Positions 11,201 to 23,632 of a DNA stretch of 64,000 nucleotides are shown piece after piece. The stretch is taken from contig NC_088854.1 of the NCBI RefSeq assembly GCF_963853765.1, forward strand, positions 39,432,001 to 39,496,000, written 5' to 3'. How positions within the stretch are numbered: position 1 is the first letter of the stretch; each line of letters opens with the position of its first letter. Origin of the DNA: Magallana gigas (taxonomy: Eukaryota). Made by a program: the position numbers and the translations under genes. The notes under the pieces were generated by a model, which was not told where the DNA came from, ran no database searches, and saw nothing but the letters and a program-made list of their open reading frames with translations.

Positions 11201-14200
11201 TTGTAAACATGCGCAGTTTACATTTACGTGATTCATTTATAATTATGCATAAGAACATTTTCATTCCTCCTGACATAAAATGATAAGATAATTCAAATAA
11301 TACAAATGATTGGTCAACCTTACGTATTCAGATCATCACACTTACAAAGTTTGGGTCAGGTATTTCCAACATAGCAAAAACAGCTCTTAAAACGGCATAT
11401 ATACCTTTAAGGTACTTCACTACACCGAGACTTATACTTAACACTACGTCACAAGATGGCGATTTAACTGTTTTATTAAGCTGTTTGTATCAATCGATTC
11501 AGATGTATATCGTCAAAGCTCAGTGGTTTAAGTATCAGGCTTGTGAAGGTCATTAGTTGGAATCCATCTGGGGCTTTTGTTTATGTTTACTGAATGAAAT
11601 TTTTGAAAATACCATTTTTTATCTAAAATTGCACATTTTTTCGCCTATTTGACATATACACTTCTTATCCATCATGCTTTCTATCATAATCAAGTAATTT
11701 TCTGCTGTTTTGAGAAACTATTTCAAGGTGTAGTGAGGCACCTTAAGCCTTATGAAGTGTTAAAAAAAATTACAATTATAAGCAGGTCATCACCTGAAAA
11801 GTAATCTTGACCAAAAATCTTTTTTTGCAAATACATGTATATTGAATTTTATTTTAAGTGAAACTGATATGCATGTTTTTTTTACATATTCAAAATGTTT
11901 TTTAATAAGTGAACAGATAAACTCAGGTGCCAAAAGTATGTCAATGTTTTTCTTTTTAGTATTTACTAGTATTCCATTGAAAACCGCAAAGCATAGTCCC
12001 AGAGTCATTTCTAGACCGATTTATTTAAATTTCTAAATAAATGAACACGAAATTCATTTCCCTTATTTGGCATAATATAAATATATAATGTTTTTCGATA
12101 CGTAATGTGTAATGTATGAAATCTCATTTTTTTGCGGTTTGACATTTCATGTAATAATTTTAATCTCTGAATCCATTTCTGAAATACATCAGGGTACGCT
12201 GAGTGAATGAATGATGCTTGTCGGGACTTGTAACGACGACCAGATGACCAGATAAGAACTCATCCAGTTTTAGAAAAAGTAAAAAGTCTTTTGGAGCTAA
12301 ACCTGGATAGTATGGTAGGTCTGGCAAGACGGTAATTAACCTTCTCTGTTTTCTAAAATTGCTACACAATCTTAGATGCATGTGATGGGTCATTATTATG
12401 AAGAAGACGAACATGCATAAATCCTGATACAGAGCGTCGTTTATGATAATACATGTATTTCTTGGTCTGTTTAGCATAACATCTCGGTAATACAGACCTG
12501 TATTAACAATATTGTCCTTCGGTATCGAAATTTGTACGGCTCTACCATCACAAGAGAAGAATATGCAATACCGTGTTTAGTAAGCAATATTTTATTTCCA
12601 ATTTTTATTACTGGTTCGAACTAGTGAACCCGTGATTCGTCACCAGTAACATTATTTGCAAATTGTTCCATATTGAATTTGGGAAAAATATTTAGCATTT
12701 GCTTAGCGGTTTGTACTCGTAACCGTTTTGGTCATCTGTCAATATATGCATGCGGTATCAATCTGGCATAATCTTTCATATTTTCTGATGAATTGCACCC
12801 ACGACAACGGTATGCTTATCACGAATGGAATGGTGTATCTGCAATCACTTTCATCTATTTCTCCGACTTTTGAGGCAGTTGCTTTGCTCGTTGCAGTCAC
12901 AGGTCGGTCATATTTTGCTGCAACTTTGACGGATCGACTTTGTGTCAGTCAGAAATACGAACTGTCTCATAAGATTATCTTATTCGACATAAACTTCCCC
13001 CAATTCAGTGAAACTCTGCATTACTGAAAGACCGAGTTTATATAAGCTGTAATTTCTTTAATATTCTTAACTCGTTTCAAAACATTTTTTTCAACAATGA
13101 TCAACGACAGGCTATATTGAAATGACTATAAGTTTAAAACTATGCATATGTAGAGATGAAGGCTCGTGTTTATACCTTTTAAAAGGTAAAGAATAGAGGT
13201 ATTCAAGAGCATCATCATCAACGAAATTGTGCAAAGCGTTAACGTGCTATAATATACATTACATATTCATATCAGACACCCCTCCTTTTTTTCTAGCCTT
13301 TAAGAGGGATCGATGGTCGTGTCCATTTTTAGACTGTATTGATCTCTTTTAAAAGGAGAGCTCAATATAAGAATAAAGGAAGAAATCCAGATTTAATAGG
13401 TGACCTATATGGACCTTTTCTTTCCTAAAAGAAAGTTTATAGCTAAAAAAAAAATATGTCTAAAACTTTAAGGAAGATTTGATGGCTAATTTGTTCACCA
13501 CCCAGCCTCCTTAATATACCAGATGAGAAGTTAACAATTACAAACTAAGATATTTTTGCTTTGAAAACTGATAAGGAAATATACAAATGCACAGTACTGT
13601 ACAGAGTTGAAAATAAATTTAACCGTTGTGTTTGAAATACTCAGTACCAAATCTTAAATTAGGTTTTTTGAAAATTATTTCAATGATATGTGCGAAAGTG
13701 CAAATAAAATTCTGCACAATTCAATCCAAATTTCTTCAAAATATGACGAAAAATATGACATCTGAACATCTGTAGTGAAATAAACTTAAATTAGAATAGT
13801 TACTTTTGGCATGCGAGTCGGTGTACGTCATCAACATGTAGATGCACCTTAAAACTGTACAATGTCATGCATATATCAGTTACCGCGGCATCTCTGTTGT
13901 ACAAAAAATGTTGATATTAAATGCATTCATGAATTAAACGATGCGTTTTGGCTTTTGCCAAATTATCTTACCCTTGTCTGGAAGACACGAACAGTTCAAC
14001 AGCTTTAGTCTAAGGGTATTCACATGCCTTAAAGAACAAGATAAGTTCCTTAAACCTATTCCGATTGTATTATCATCCAAAGCATCTCCTTGCATCCTTA
14101 TTCCGGTTATATTCTTGGGTATATAACGCTTGATTCTGTCAAAGTCGACGATACATAAACTACTGCTTAAGCAGTGGAGAAAATGGCCTGCAATGATGTC

Positions 14201-14605
14201 AATATTGACGCTCACGAGACATTCATCGTCTGACTGACAGGTGATAATTTTGGCTTGGGGGCCGTGAACCAATCGTTGTCCCTTCCCACAGGCTAAGACG
14301 GGGTTGTCCTCGCAAACAACAGGAATGCATGCTGCTCCATCGCATACACCTGTATTTTGAATTAATTTTAGTAAATACTTGTCTTCTAAACTTGATGTAT
14401 GAATTTTACTTTAGATTTGTTTTCTAATTTTCATTTCACAAATAGAGGTAATGATGTTTATAAGAAAACGTCTGATTTGGTTTAGAAAATCGTTTTGCTT
14501 TTTATTTGAAAGTAAAACAGAAAACAGTATTAAAGGATTAAAAAAAATCGAAAATTAAATCTCACCTGTGAGATAGATCACAAATAATGTCAGCAATAAA
14601 AACAT
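8259..14605 (-). CDS. Gene A: uncharacterised single-pass type I membrane protein, 374 aa
   Basis: Exons 14605-14566 (signal MFLLLTLFVIYLTG), 14349-13972, 10886-10536, 9260-9140 (TM ISVVAGVVLIVVVTSIASAVVY) and 8493-8259 (tail RRYKRKLGEPQYDTL...). All GT-AG, phases 1,1,1,2; total 1125 nt. AATAAA at 8232-8227. Confidence 0.85.
9367..9730. mobile_element. MITE with 15-bp imperfect TIRs and internal G/C homopolymer runs
   Basis: Left CAGGCACGTAGCATC, right AATGCTATGTGCCTG (13/15 inverted match). Lies in intron 3 of gene A. Confidence 0.7.
9881..9985. repeat. About 25-bp minisatellite x4
   Basis: Unit TTATATACTGTTATATATGTTGTAA read directly. Confidence 0.9.
10907..11406. mobile_element. Non-autonomous TIR element with TTAA target duplication (Kolobok- or piggyBac-type)
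   Basis: TTAA|AGGTATATATGCCGTTTGTAACGCTGTTTTT ... AAAAACAGCTCTTAAAACGGCATATATACCT|TTAA. Purine-purine 5' end plus TTAA fits Kolobok. Confidence 0.8.
11411..11742. mobile_element. Second TTAA-flanked TIR element sharing the TTAA at 11407-11410
   Basis: TTAA|GGTACTTCACTACACC ... GGTGTAGTGAGGCACC|TTAA (14/16 inverted match). Confidence 0.8.
12160..13030 (-). mobile_element. Decayed mariner (Tc1/mariner) transposase fossil in intron 2 of gene A
   Basis: Minus-strand fragments RPVTATSKATASKVGEIDESDCRYTI, KRLRVQTAKQMLNIFPKFNMEQFANNVTGDESRVH*FEP (first catalytic Asp, about 12640) and LPDLPYYPGLAPKDFLLFLKL (decayed YSPDLAPSD). Multiple stops and frameshifts; TIRs not identified. Confidence 0.85.
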
Positions 14606-14828
14606 ATTCCCTGTATGTTTAGCAACTTATCACTTGAAATTGTACGTATCATCGGGAGAAAAACTCGAGGTTAGCTATAACATATTGCATAAGAAGCGGA
14701 TCAGTTAAAACATAAAACGGATGAAACTACTTCAAAGCTTGTCGATCTTGCATGAGATTTATATTTGAATGAGTATCATAGAAAATTATATACTATAGTT
14801 TTTGATATTTTCTCAACTGTACTGGCGT

Positions 14829-14830
<2 letters not shown>

Positions 14831-14906
<76 letters not shown>
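14831..14906. repeat. (TA)n microsatellite
   Basis: Direct read. Confidence 0.98.
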
Positions 14907-14910
<4 letters not shown>

Positions 14911-14930
14911 ACAAAGAAATTCACCTTTTT

Positions 14931-14972
14931 GGAGCTCCACCTCCGCCCCGGCCGGGGCAGAGGTGGAGCTCC
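14931..14972. repeat. GC-rich hairpin beside the assembly gap
   Basis: GGAGCTCCACCTCCGCCCCGGCCGGGGCAGAGGTGGAGCTCC is a near-perfect palindrome. Confidence 0.85.
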
Positions 14973-14986
14973 TCAATTTGAGAGTT

Positions 14987-15218
14987 NNNNNNNNNNNNNN
15001 NNNNNNNNNNNNNNNNNNNNNNNNNNNNNNNNNNNNNNNNNNNNNNNNNNNNNNNNNNNNNNNNNNNNNNNNNNNNNNNNNNNNNNNNNNNNNNNNNNNN
15101 NNNNNNNNNNNNNNNNNNNNNNNNNNNNNNNNNNNNNNNNNNNNNNNNNNNNNNNNNNNNNNNNNNNNNNNNNNNNNNNNNNNNNNNNNNNNNNNNNNNN
15201 NNNNNNNNNNNNNNNNNN
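14987..15218. other. Assembly gap (232 N)
   Basis: Run of N. Confidence 1.
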
Positions 15219-16792
15219 TACCGTCAATTAGAATGGAGAGGGGGCAACCAAAGATACAGTCCAATTTCCAGAATATCATTCAAATTGATCAAATAAAGAA
15301 GGCATCCCCATCTTTCCATCACACATAACTTCAAGCAGACTGGAGTTAACATGAAAGAACTAAAAGGGATAAGCTTTTTGTAAAAATAAGTTTTGTTAGA
15401 TAAAATACAATAATAAAAAAAGAACTGACAAAACGATAGTTTTTCCTATGGTATGATGCAATTTTGTACTCAAAGCTCAAATTTCGACATAATATAAATC
15501 ATTTCATCATAAAAAGTAAGAAAATTACAATTACAACAATTCAACTGAGAATTTTCTTTTATTGATATTCACAAAATATCATATTTTGTTTGATAGATAT
15601 TAAATATTTATGTCATCATTTTATCTCACAAGCTCTAAATTAAAGCCATTCGATGCAAAATGGTCTCCATAAAGTAAATGAATAAAGTTTCAAGCTTAGT
15701 TTTGAACTAAATAAAAGATCATAACCAAAAGAGTAATTTTGTTGCAAGGGTTTGTTTTTACAAGGTAAAACGATTTCGATTAATAAAAGACGTTAAGCTA
15801 TGTAGTTCATGTAAATTAAATATTTTGATAAAAGAAACCTTGCAAAATATTTCAAGTGTAGTTCGTAATGTGTAAATGTTGAATTACATGAAATAATGAG
15901 TAAACCTTTGAATTAGAAATTGCCTACCAGGCCATTTAATTAAAAGATTCCATTGGGTCTATTATCATATCGTACGAAACCAGGTTAAAATTATGATAGA
16001 TCTATCAATTTTTAAAGATTTTCAACCAAACCTTGCACATTTTTCCCCGATCTGAAAAAAGTTATCAAAGTGTATTATGACAATACATATTTTTTAGATA
16101 GTATATGCTCAATCCATTTTTGTTCATTCAAAACGTTTAAGAATATAAATACAAGTACCTTTATATAAGATTTATTCAATAAATAAAATGAACAATAAAA
16201 CATAACAAACAAATTATATATAATATGTAAATAAACAAAACAGACAGAGACAGCCTGTAAAAATTCATCCATTTTAACCAGACAAAGGGTGTCAAGGCGC
16301 TCTCGCATCCCCTGTGTTCACTGAAAGTGTAAATCAAAATTATTTTGATAATTTTGAAAAAAAGTTTATTTGATTATTATCAAGATATAATTATAATCTA
16401 GAAACGTTTCATGCTACTATAGTCTGAGTCATATTTAGCATTCAGAAACTTGATGGAACGTTCACTTGTCAATCAGATTATCGTACACTATTTTTTCACA
16501 CCGGATAATTTAATTAAATGCAACAATTAAGTACTATATTTTTGTTTCATTTTGAAATTTTTAAATTCTATCTATATCGTTCAAAACTAGTATCATTTCC
16601 TTTCCTAAAAACAAAAGCGAATTCTTTTAGCAACAAATCAGTTAACTATTTATAATTGGAAACAAAATAACACTGAATGAATAAAATGCATACCTCCGAT
16701 GCAGGTCGACGTCATTGGATCAAAACAAAACTCGTTCTCAAAACATGTCATCTAAAAGGAAAAATAAAGGAAATTTTAAATAACTCAGAACT

Positions 16793-16794
<2 letters not shown>

Positions 16795-16858
<64 letters not shown>
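16795..16858. repeat. (GA)n microsatellite
   Basis: Direct read. Confidence 0.98.
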
Positions 16859-16862
<4 letters not shown>

Positions 16863-17069
16863 CAAACCTCTCCACAGTTATCTCCTCTTCCAACCATTTG
16901 TGTCTGTGTCTGAGGGGCGGTAGGCCTTTGGTTATTGAGACCAACGTTAGAACCTTTAACAAACAAATAACCTGCATCAAAATTCCACTGATTTTTTTTT
17001 TGCATCAATCATTTTCACTTTTAATAAACAAGGCTTGGAATTATATTTATAGGTAGATTTAAACTAATG

Positions 17070-20000
17070 CTACTGACCAGGAGCGAGTGGTGCTCCGTTA
17101 CAATTGCCACCCTGGCAAATCTCGGCTATGTCTGGTATAAGAAGTTCTCCTCCGTTTCCCGGTCTACCTTGCACTGGCCCCTGTGCCGGGGGCATCGCTC
17201 GGGGATTTAGACCCCCTAATGCAGTGAGAGGAGGCAGAGACATCCCCGTTCCGGAGTTAGAAACGCCACTCAAGGGGGATGATCCGCCACCTATATTTGA
17301 TGGACCTCTTGGTAAACTGAAAGGCGGAAGTGAGTTGGAATTTTCCGTTATTGGCGGGAATAAATCAGCTGCATTTGGAAAAGGATTAGGATCGATCTGT
17401 CCAGATGAACCCGGAACTCTCGGATTGTTCGGGATGTTGGTGGCACCACCAGGTCTTATTATTTCGGGTGCAGGTCTCATAAAGGGCGGAAACCTTGTTC
17501 CCGAAGAGTCCCGAACAAGCCATCTGGAATTCGGGTCGTTTGATGGTAAGGAATTGGTTTGCTCGTTCGGAGTAAGTGGAGAGAACTGCCCAGGTTGACT
17601 ACCAGGGACAAATGGTGGTATTTGACCACGTGTTAAAAACGGCAGGTTTGGTAGATTTTGGAAATTTGGTTGATTAGGTAGATGTGATGTCGGGTTGTTG
17701 TTGTTGACTGAACGAACATCTGTCGGACTTACCGCACCTTATAAAATCAAACTCAAATTACTTCTCAATACCTTTCTTAAATTAACGTCATGATTAGTTA
17801 CAATTTGACAAACTTATTACAATTACATGTGTACCATATCTTCTTTTGTAAAATAGCACTTAACATTTACATTTTTTGTGTCTTTGTCTGTGATAACACT
17901 ACGAATCCACATTGTAATGTATACTCAAACACATTTCTTCAATGACTAGTTTATCTAATCGTACAATTGCTGAAATTTGAAGATGGGGGAATAAGATGGC
18001 GCGAATGCCCATTCGGTTTAGTAGTGAAATACGATTTTAAATTTATTTTTCCCCAATTAAATCTATTCAAATACATGTATATTATAATACAACTTTGCAA
18101 AAGCAAATTTTCTAACTATAGTCAGTTTTTAATATATTTAACAAAAAATAAGGAAAAAAAATATTGTCGGAAATTTTGGTGGTATCGAACCCGTAACATA
18201 AAAAACCCTAGGTATATACGGTTAGCTTATGCCAGGTACTCTAACCACTGAGCCATTTCAGACACAACAAAGGCGACTTTTTAAATATTATGTGTGACTA
18301 AGGTCACGAATTACCGGACTTGTATTATTTTTTCAATACGTTCAGTTGTTGGGGTACAAAATGATATTTTGTTTTCCATTAGACCTTAATTAGACTATGA
18401 GAAAAATATGGAGTACAGACCCACTCTATAAAAGAAAATGCCTTTAAGTTCTAAAAAATGACAATATTTGCAGGTTTTGATACGTATACGCCTGTTTGAG
18501 TCAATATATTCCAAGTATTGAACATACCTACAGGTTACAAATCAATGATTTGTTAAATAAATATTGTTTTAAATGATTTTAAAAAAAACCCATCAGATTT
18601 GTTGATACTTTAATTTTTTTAGTAGCCTGTCCGACCGCGTATGGGCATTTTACACGCCTTATCCACCCATCTTCTTTATATAAATATAACTAATAAGAAA
18701 TCATTCTTTGAATATAATGAAGCGATCAAATACGGTCGGGTGTAATTAATCCCATCATAAATCCCTTCGGGCTGTATTATGTTCGATCACCCCCCCCCCC
18801 CCTTTGACAGTATTTGATCACCTCATAATGGCTGCTCAGAGAATGAGAATGTCTAATTCCTTATAAATTGAAATGACTTTATATTGACAATGTACAACGC
18901 ATCTTACCGACTGTAAGGGCTTCTCCCGTACAATGGCCTTCCACACATCGCGATGGCGGGGGACAAGGCCTCTACAAAAAACCCCAAAGAACATAAAATC
19001 CTACCAATACGACTTTGTGAACGCCTCAGAAACATCGAAGACAAAATTCACTAAAAAATGAATGTCTAATTAGAAATATATTAAAACGGACGCCTGGTGG
19101 ATGTTGGATTTTTAAAAAAAAATTAAAATCCCATTTTCCCCACACGGTAGAACAAATAGGATTATATTATTGATAGCATAAATATAGACTGACATGTTCA
19201 TCACAGGCTCCATCTGCAGACGAATATGCTATGATAGCAAAAATACAGATTGCATTGTTTATTTACACTTTTAAAATCTCAATTTGTTGGGACTTGATGC
19301 TTTATAAAAAAAAAAACAACAAACAAAATCGTTTAATATGTAAAATAGATTAAAACACCCTTTATTTAAAGAAAAGTAAAATTTTGAAATGGATAAAATA
19401 AGAGGCACTAGCTACCAGGTGTAAATATGTGATTCATGGAAAGTAAGTGGGGTTGGTAATTAGAAAAGGAATACGGCCGTATGGAAACTTATAAAACACC
19501 CCCCTCCACCACCGATTTTTCAACATTTCCGCGTATGCGCAGTAATCATCTTGATCTAGGTATACTATATTCTAATATTTTCTAATACTTACATCACATG
19601 TTTCATGATGTGGATTAGCTGTAAATAAAAAAAAGCACATCAAGTTAGTTTCAAAGTTATTCATTTGAACGTTGATACATGTAGGTAAAAATATTTTCCT
19701 TGCACATGTCATGCAAAAGAATCTAGGAATCAAAACAAAAAAAAAATATTTATGTTTCGTTGACCATTTAACGTTTTTAAGGATTATTCACTAGCGCCCT
19801 AAATACACATATGTCGATTTCAAAGCTCGTTATTGGCTAGAATTGTCACTGTGGGCTTATGAAAATGACGTCAACAGATTCCCAAAAGGCTGACGAATGT
19901 CTTTGTTTAAAATTGATTTGAGTTCCGTTTATAAAGATTAAAAAAATGCTTAGTCGACTTGTTAAAAACTATTTTTCGTGTGTAGATGATTTATTCAGGA

Positions 20001-22819
20001 AGGAAAATTATATCTAATTTATTTAACAGCAATTGATATTAATTGGGATATCAAGTGATCATGAATCAATATTGAAAACAGAGAGACAGACTTACAATTC
20101 AGTACGTCACAATGACCATCATGACATCTGTAGCCCGGGGGACAGGCCGGCTGGTGGGGAGAAAAATTAATATGAAAATTAATTATGCATAAGGTGCAGA
20201 AATGTAAGCTTACGTGTTTTATCACGTACTTGTAAGCCAAAAAATGATGTCTCATTCAAAGAGTATGTTAACTATACATATACATCAATATCAAAATACT
20301 TTGTTTATATCTTATACGTACATGTATGTCATGTATACAAATAAGACTGATGAATATTTCGATTTTAATTTTTTGATCTCTTCGAATATTTCAACGTTGT
20401 TTGAAAATTACTTACGGTACATTGGCCACCTCTGTCTACAAACAAATACATGAGGGGGAATAAGAAAATGCAATCGTTTTGTCTACAGTGCAACACAAAT
20501 TCCAGGAAATAACGATTTGATGGATTGCACTGTACCTACCTCTATCGCAACTTCCCCTGTTACAAACAAATCCGGCTGGGCATCTCGGCTAAAACGTAAT
20601 AAATTTGTGAAATAAATTACTTGTAAAATCGTATCAGTCATGAATGTCATGTTTAAAGACCACAGCAGTATATAATAATTATGATGTTGATTTAAATATT
20701 TTGACTGTATACATTCATTCAAAGAATTCCAATTTGATATGAGTGATGAACATCATCTTTTGAATTTTTTTTCTTCCCATTGATTGATGTCACTATTATA
20801 ATTTTCATTCTGTCTCTTACTGTCCTAGTTTGTAACATTTACCAGGTATTTCCTGATACAGTTTTTCTTAATCTTCTACTGACATTTTTAATAGATCGTA
20901 TGTTCTTGTTTTAATGGAAATTTTTCTTAAGATGGATACTTTCTTAAGATGGATACTTACTCTGCAAGGGACTAAAAAAAGAAAAGAAGAAGAAAGTTAA
21001 TAAAACTATTTGCTGAAAAAATAAGTGATTTGTAATGTGCAATGTATTAAATAAAAATTAATCTCAGTTTCTGTGTTTGTAACATTTTACTTACTGTCTT
21101 CGCATCTGCCATTGATGCATCTTTGCCCATTTCCACATGAAGGCTAATTGAAATGTAAACAATTAAAAAAATATCAAAAATCTTATTTATTTAGATCCGC
21201 GGAATATTCTTAAAGCTTATGACGTCATGACTTCATACTAACTAATGTTGTTTCCGTATTGCGTATTTAAGCAATATTTTTTTTGTGTGAAAAGGAGTTT
21301 TTAAGTGTTACATCATATCAAATAGTTTTTATGTAAGCAAACCAGTGAAGTTGAATAAAAAAATTTAACTACTCTTGTTGTCTGAATTTCTTAGCCATTT
21401 CACACTCTGGGAGGTTTTCTTTTTTAAAAATAATTATTATTGGCAAAATTTGTGATAAAATTATGTAGAAAGAATTTCAGCTTACCCTGCAGGGTTCTGA
21501 AAAGACCAAAAAAAAAAAAATCAATATCAACAAAGTAGTTATAATTTTTATAGGGTAAATAAATTGTTAGATACGCGATTATACGTATCAATCAAAATGT
21601 ATTTAAATATTCCAAAAAAAAAAAAATGGTAACCGGAAACAACCAAACACCTACCGTAATGGCAGTGGCCGTGATGGCACGTGTGGTTTTCCTCACACAT
21701 CGGCTAAACAAGAAAATCAAATCAAAACATCAAATTTCTCATGCAAAAGACTTTGTATAAAATAATAATCAAAATACAATTATTTAATATAATTGATTTG
21801 ATGTACATATATAAATATTGAGTATTATCAAATGTATTAATGAAATAGATACATTGATTGTCGTAAAATGTTATAAATCAATCAACGTCATGATAGATCA
21901 GATAGAATAAAATAAAGGGATTTGTTTATGGTTTGGTGCCAAAGTTGAAGTCTGCAATAGACTAGCTTAATTTCCTACTACGAGGATTTAATTGAAATAT
22001 AAAATGATTTGCCAGGAGCAGTGAGCGAAAATCATTTTAGTAAATGAGGAAGTTCAATTCTTTAAAAAACACTAATTACCTATACAGCAACAAATTTTAG
22101 TGAAAATATTTAGCTCATTACAAAATGTTATTTTTCAAACCCAGCTAATAATTAGCTAAACAAGAAAAAAAAACTTCGCCCTTACTGCATTTTAGCAACG
22201 AATTTAGAAAAGAATGTAGCTGAAATATTTAAGGCGTTGCGTAGTAACGACTTTCAATAAAAAAAATCATACGTAATAAAAATCATAAAATCTTAAAAAA
22301 TCATTTAAACAATAAAATGCTTTCTTTGGTGATTCATTCGGGATATGAAGGTAGCGACATTGCAGGAAAAATACATAACCCTCGTTAGCGGGTAATGTAA
22401 ATTTTTCCTGCAATGATCGCTACCTTCATCATTTTATTGTTTATATTAACATCTTTCTTAAACTAATTAATAAACTGATTATGAAAAGTTAGTAAAATTC
22501 ACTAATTTACTGTTAATGTACAAAGGTACATTAGCTATAAGAAACAGCCAAATCGTCTCCTGTGAGACTTTGAGTCTGGCATCGTCATGATTATTTCGTG
22601 CAGTCCGGGATTTTACTAAGGTCGCTGTAGGTTCAGACCAATCGATAAACAGGGCGTGTCAATTTCAGTCCTGTCACTTTCAGCCGCTGTAGATTTCGAC
22701 CAATCGATAAATAGGGCGTGTAGATTCAGTCTGGCTGTTTCTATAGAGCTATGAATTAACTATAAGTTTCCGTTAGAAATAGAGGAAATTATGCCTGGTA
22801 GATGTAAATATACATGTAT

Positions 22820-22888
<69 letters not shown>

Positions 22889-23632
22889 GTTTACTTACAC
22901 TACAAAGAGAGTCACCCACTACAAAAAGAAAGGAAAAGCAATGTTTATTGACAAACTGATGAAACTCAATCGATGGTCAATTTGTTTTTATCTGAATTAA
23001 TCGAATTGAACTTTTAATCTATGCATCGTTTCGAAGCTTATATACATGTAATTATCATATATGATTGATATAGCTATACTTCTTGTACATTAATCTTACT
23101 TTGTTGACATCCGCCTCCATAGCAAACATAGCCCGGGTCACATTCATCCTAAGAAATAAAACCCGGGAAAATGTTAAAATATCATATTATTAACCACAGA
23201 AATACTTTTTTGAGACATCCATTACAGATACTAACTGGACATGGCGAGGAAGAAGCACGTGGTCTTGTTAACGTTGCAGGAGGGGGTGGCTGGGGGTCTC
23301 TTCGTATCACCCTCACCATGAATGGATTATGAAAGATCCTCCCCCTGAAATCTAAGAACATTTAAATGAATGTAAAACTATTGAATAAAATTGTGTTCAA
23401 ACAGTTTCAGTAAGTAAGTAAGCAGGCGGATCCAACATCTAATTTTGATTATATATTGCTATTCAATTAAACACCCACCTCCGGGGGGGGGGGGGGGGTT
23501 AAAAATTTATATAAGATAATACAATATTAACGAGAACAAAATCACAAAGTGTTGAAAATTTTTGTACTTACTGTTCTGTTGAGCCGAACAAATGTAGTAT
23601 ATAGAAGAAAGGAGGCATATCTGTAACCACAT
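17070..23632 (-). CDS. Gene B: secreted protein, 362 aa, with four C-x3-C-x5-C-x4-C modules and a Pro/Gly/Asn-rich tail
   Basis: Exons 23632-23572 (signal MWLQICLLSSIYYICSA), 23351-23236, 21703-21655, 21496-21486 (11 nt), 21143-21095, 20971-20961 (11 nt), 20588-20540, 20435-20416 (20 nt), 20150-20096 and 17737-17070. All GT-AG, phases continuous, total 1089 nt. Core: SPCP-PMCEENHTCHHGHCHY-EPCR-PSCGNGQRCINGRCED-IPCR-PRCPAGFVCNRGSCDR-DRGGQCT-PACPPGYRCHDGHCDVLNC. Confidence 0.88.
18700..18860. mobile_element. Central-palindrome element, family 3 (related copy near 53366)
   Basis: Arms ATGAAGCGATCAAATAC (18717) and GTATTTGATCACCTCAT (18810). GTATTTGATCACCTCATAAT recurs at about 53420. Confidence 0.6.
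22310..22810 (+). mobile_element. Second near-complete copy of the 4790 palindromic element (intron 2 of gene B)
   Basis: Colinear similarity to 4790-5330 (GGGATATGAAGGTAGCGACATTGCAG, CAGCCAAATCGTC, GACCAATCGATAAA.AGGGCGTGT). The right hairpin arm is partly deleted. Confidence 0.85.
22823..22886. repeat. (CT)n microsatellite
   Basis: Direct read. Confidence 0.98.

Noticed and set aside
14765-15328. ORFs spanning the gap
   Set aside because: Artefacts of (TA)n and N runs.
16677-17008. ERERER / SLSLSL ORFs, also at 22791-23000
   Set aside because: Microsatellite translations.
17104-17598. 164-aa plus-strand ORF, also 26997-27239 and 33441-33872
   Set aside because: Antisense shadows of GC-rich exons of genes B and C.
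20924-20957. 17-bp direct duplication next to the donor of the 11-nt exon at 20961
   Set aside because: It does not copy the full donor; likely neutral slippage.
22186-22219. 34-nt AG/GT-bounded segment in gene B intron 2
   Set aside because: Cannot be phased into the model and has no module similarity.
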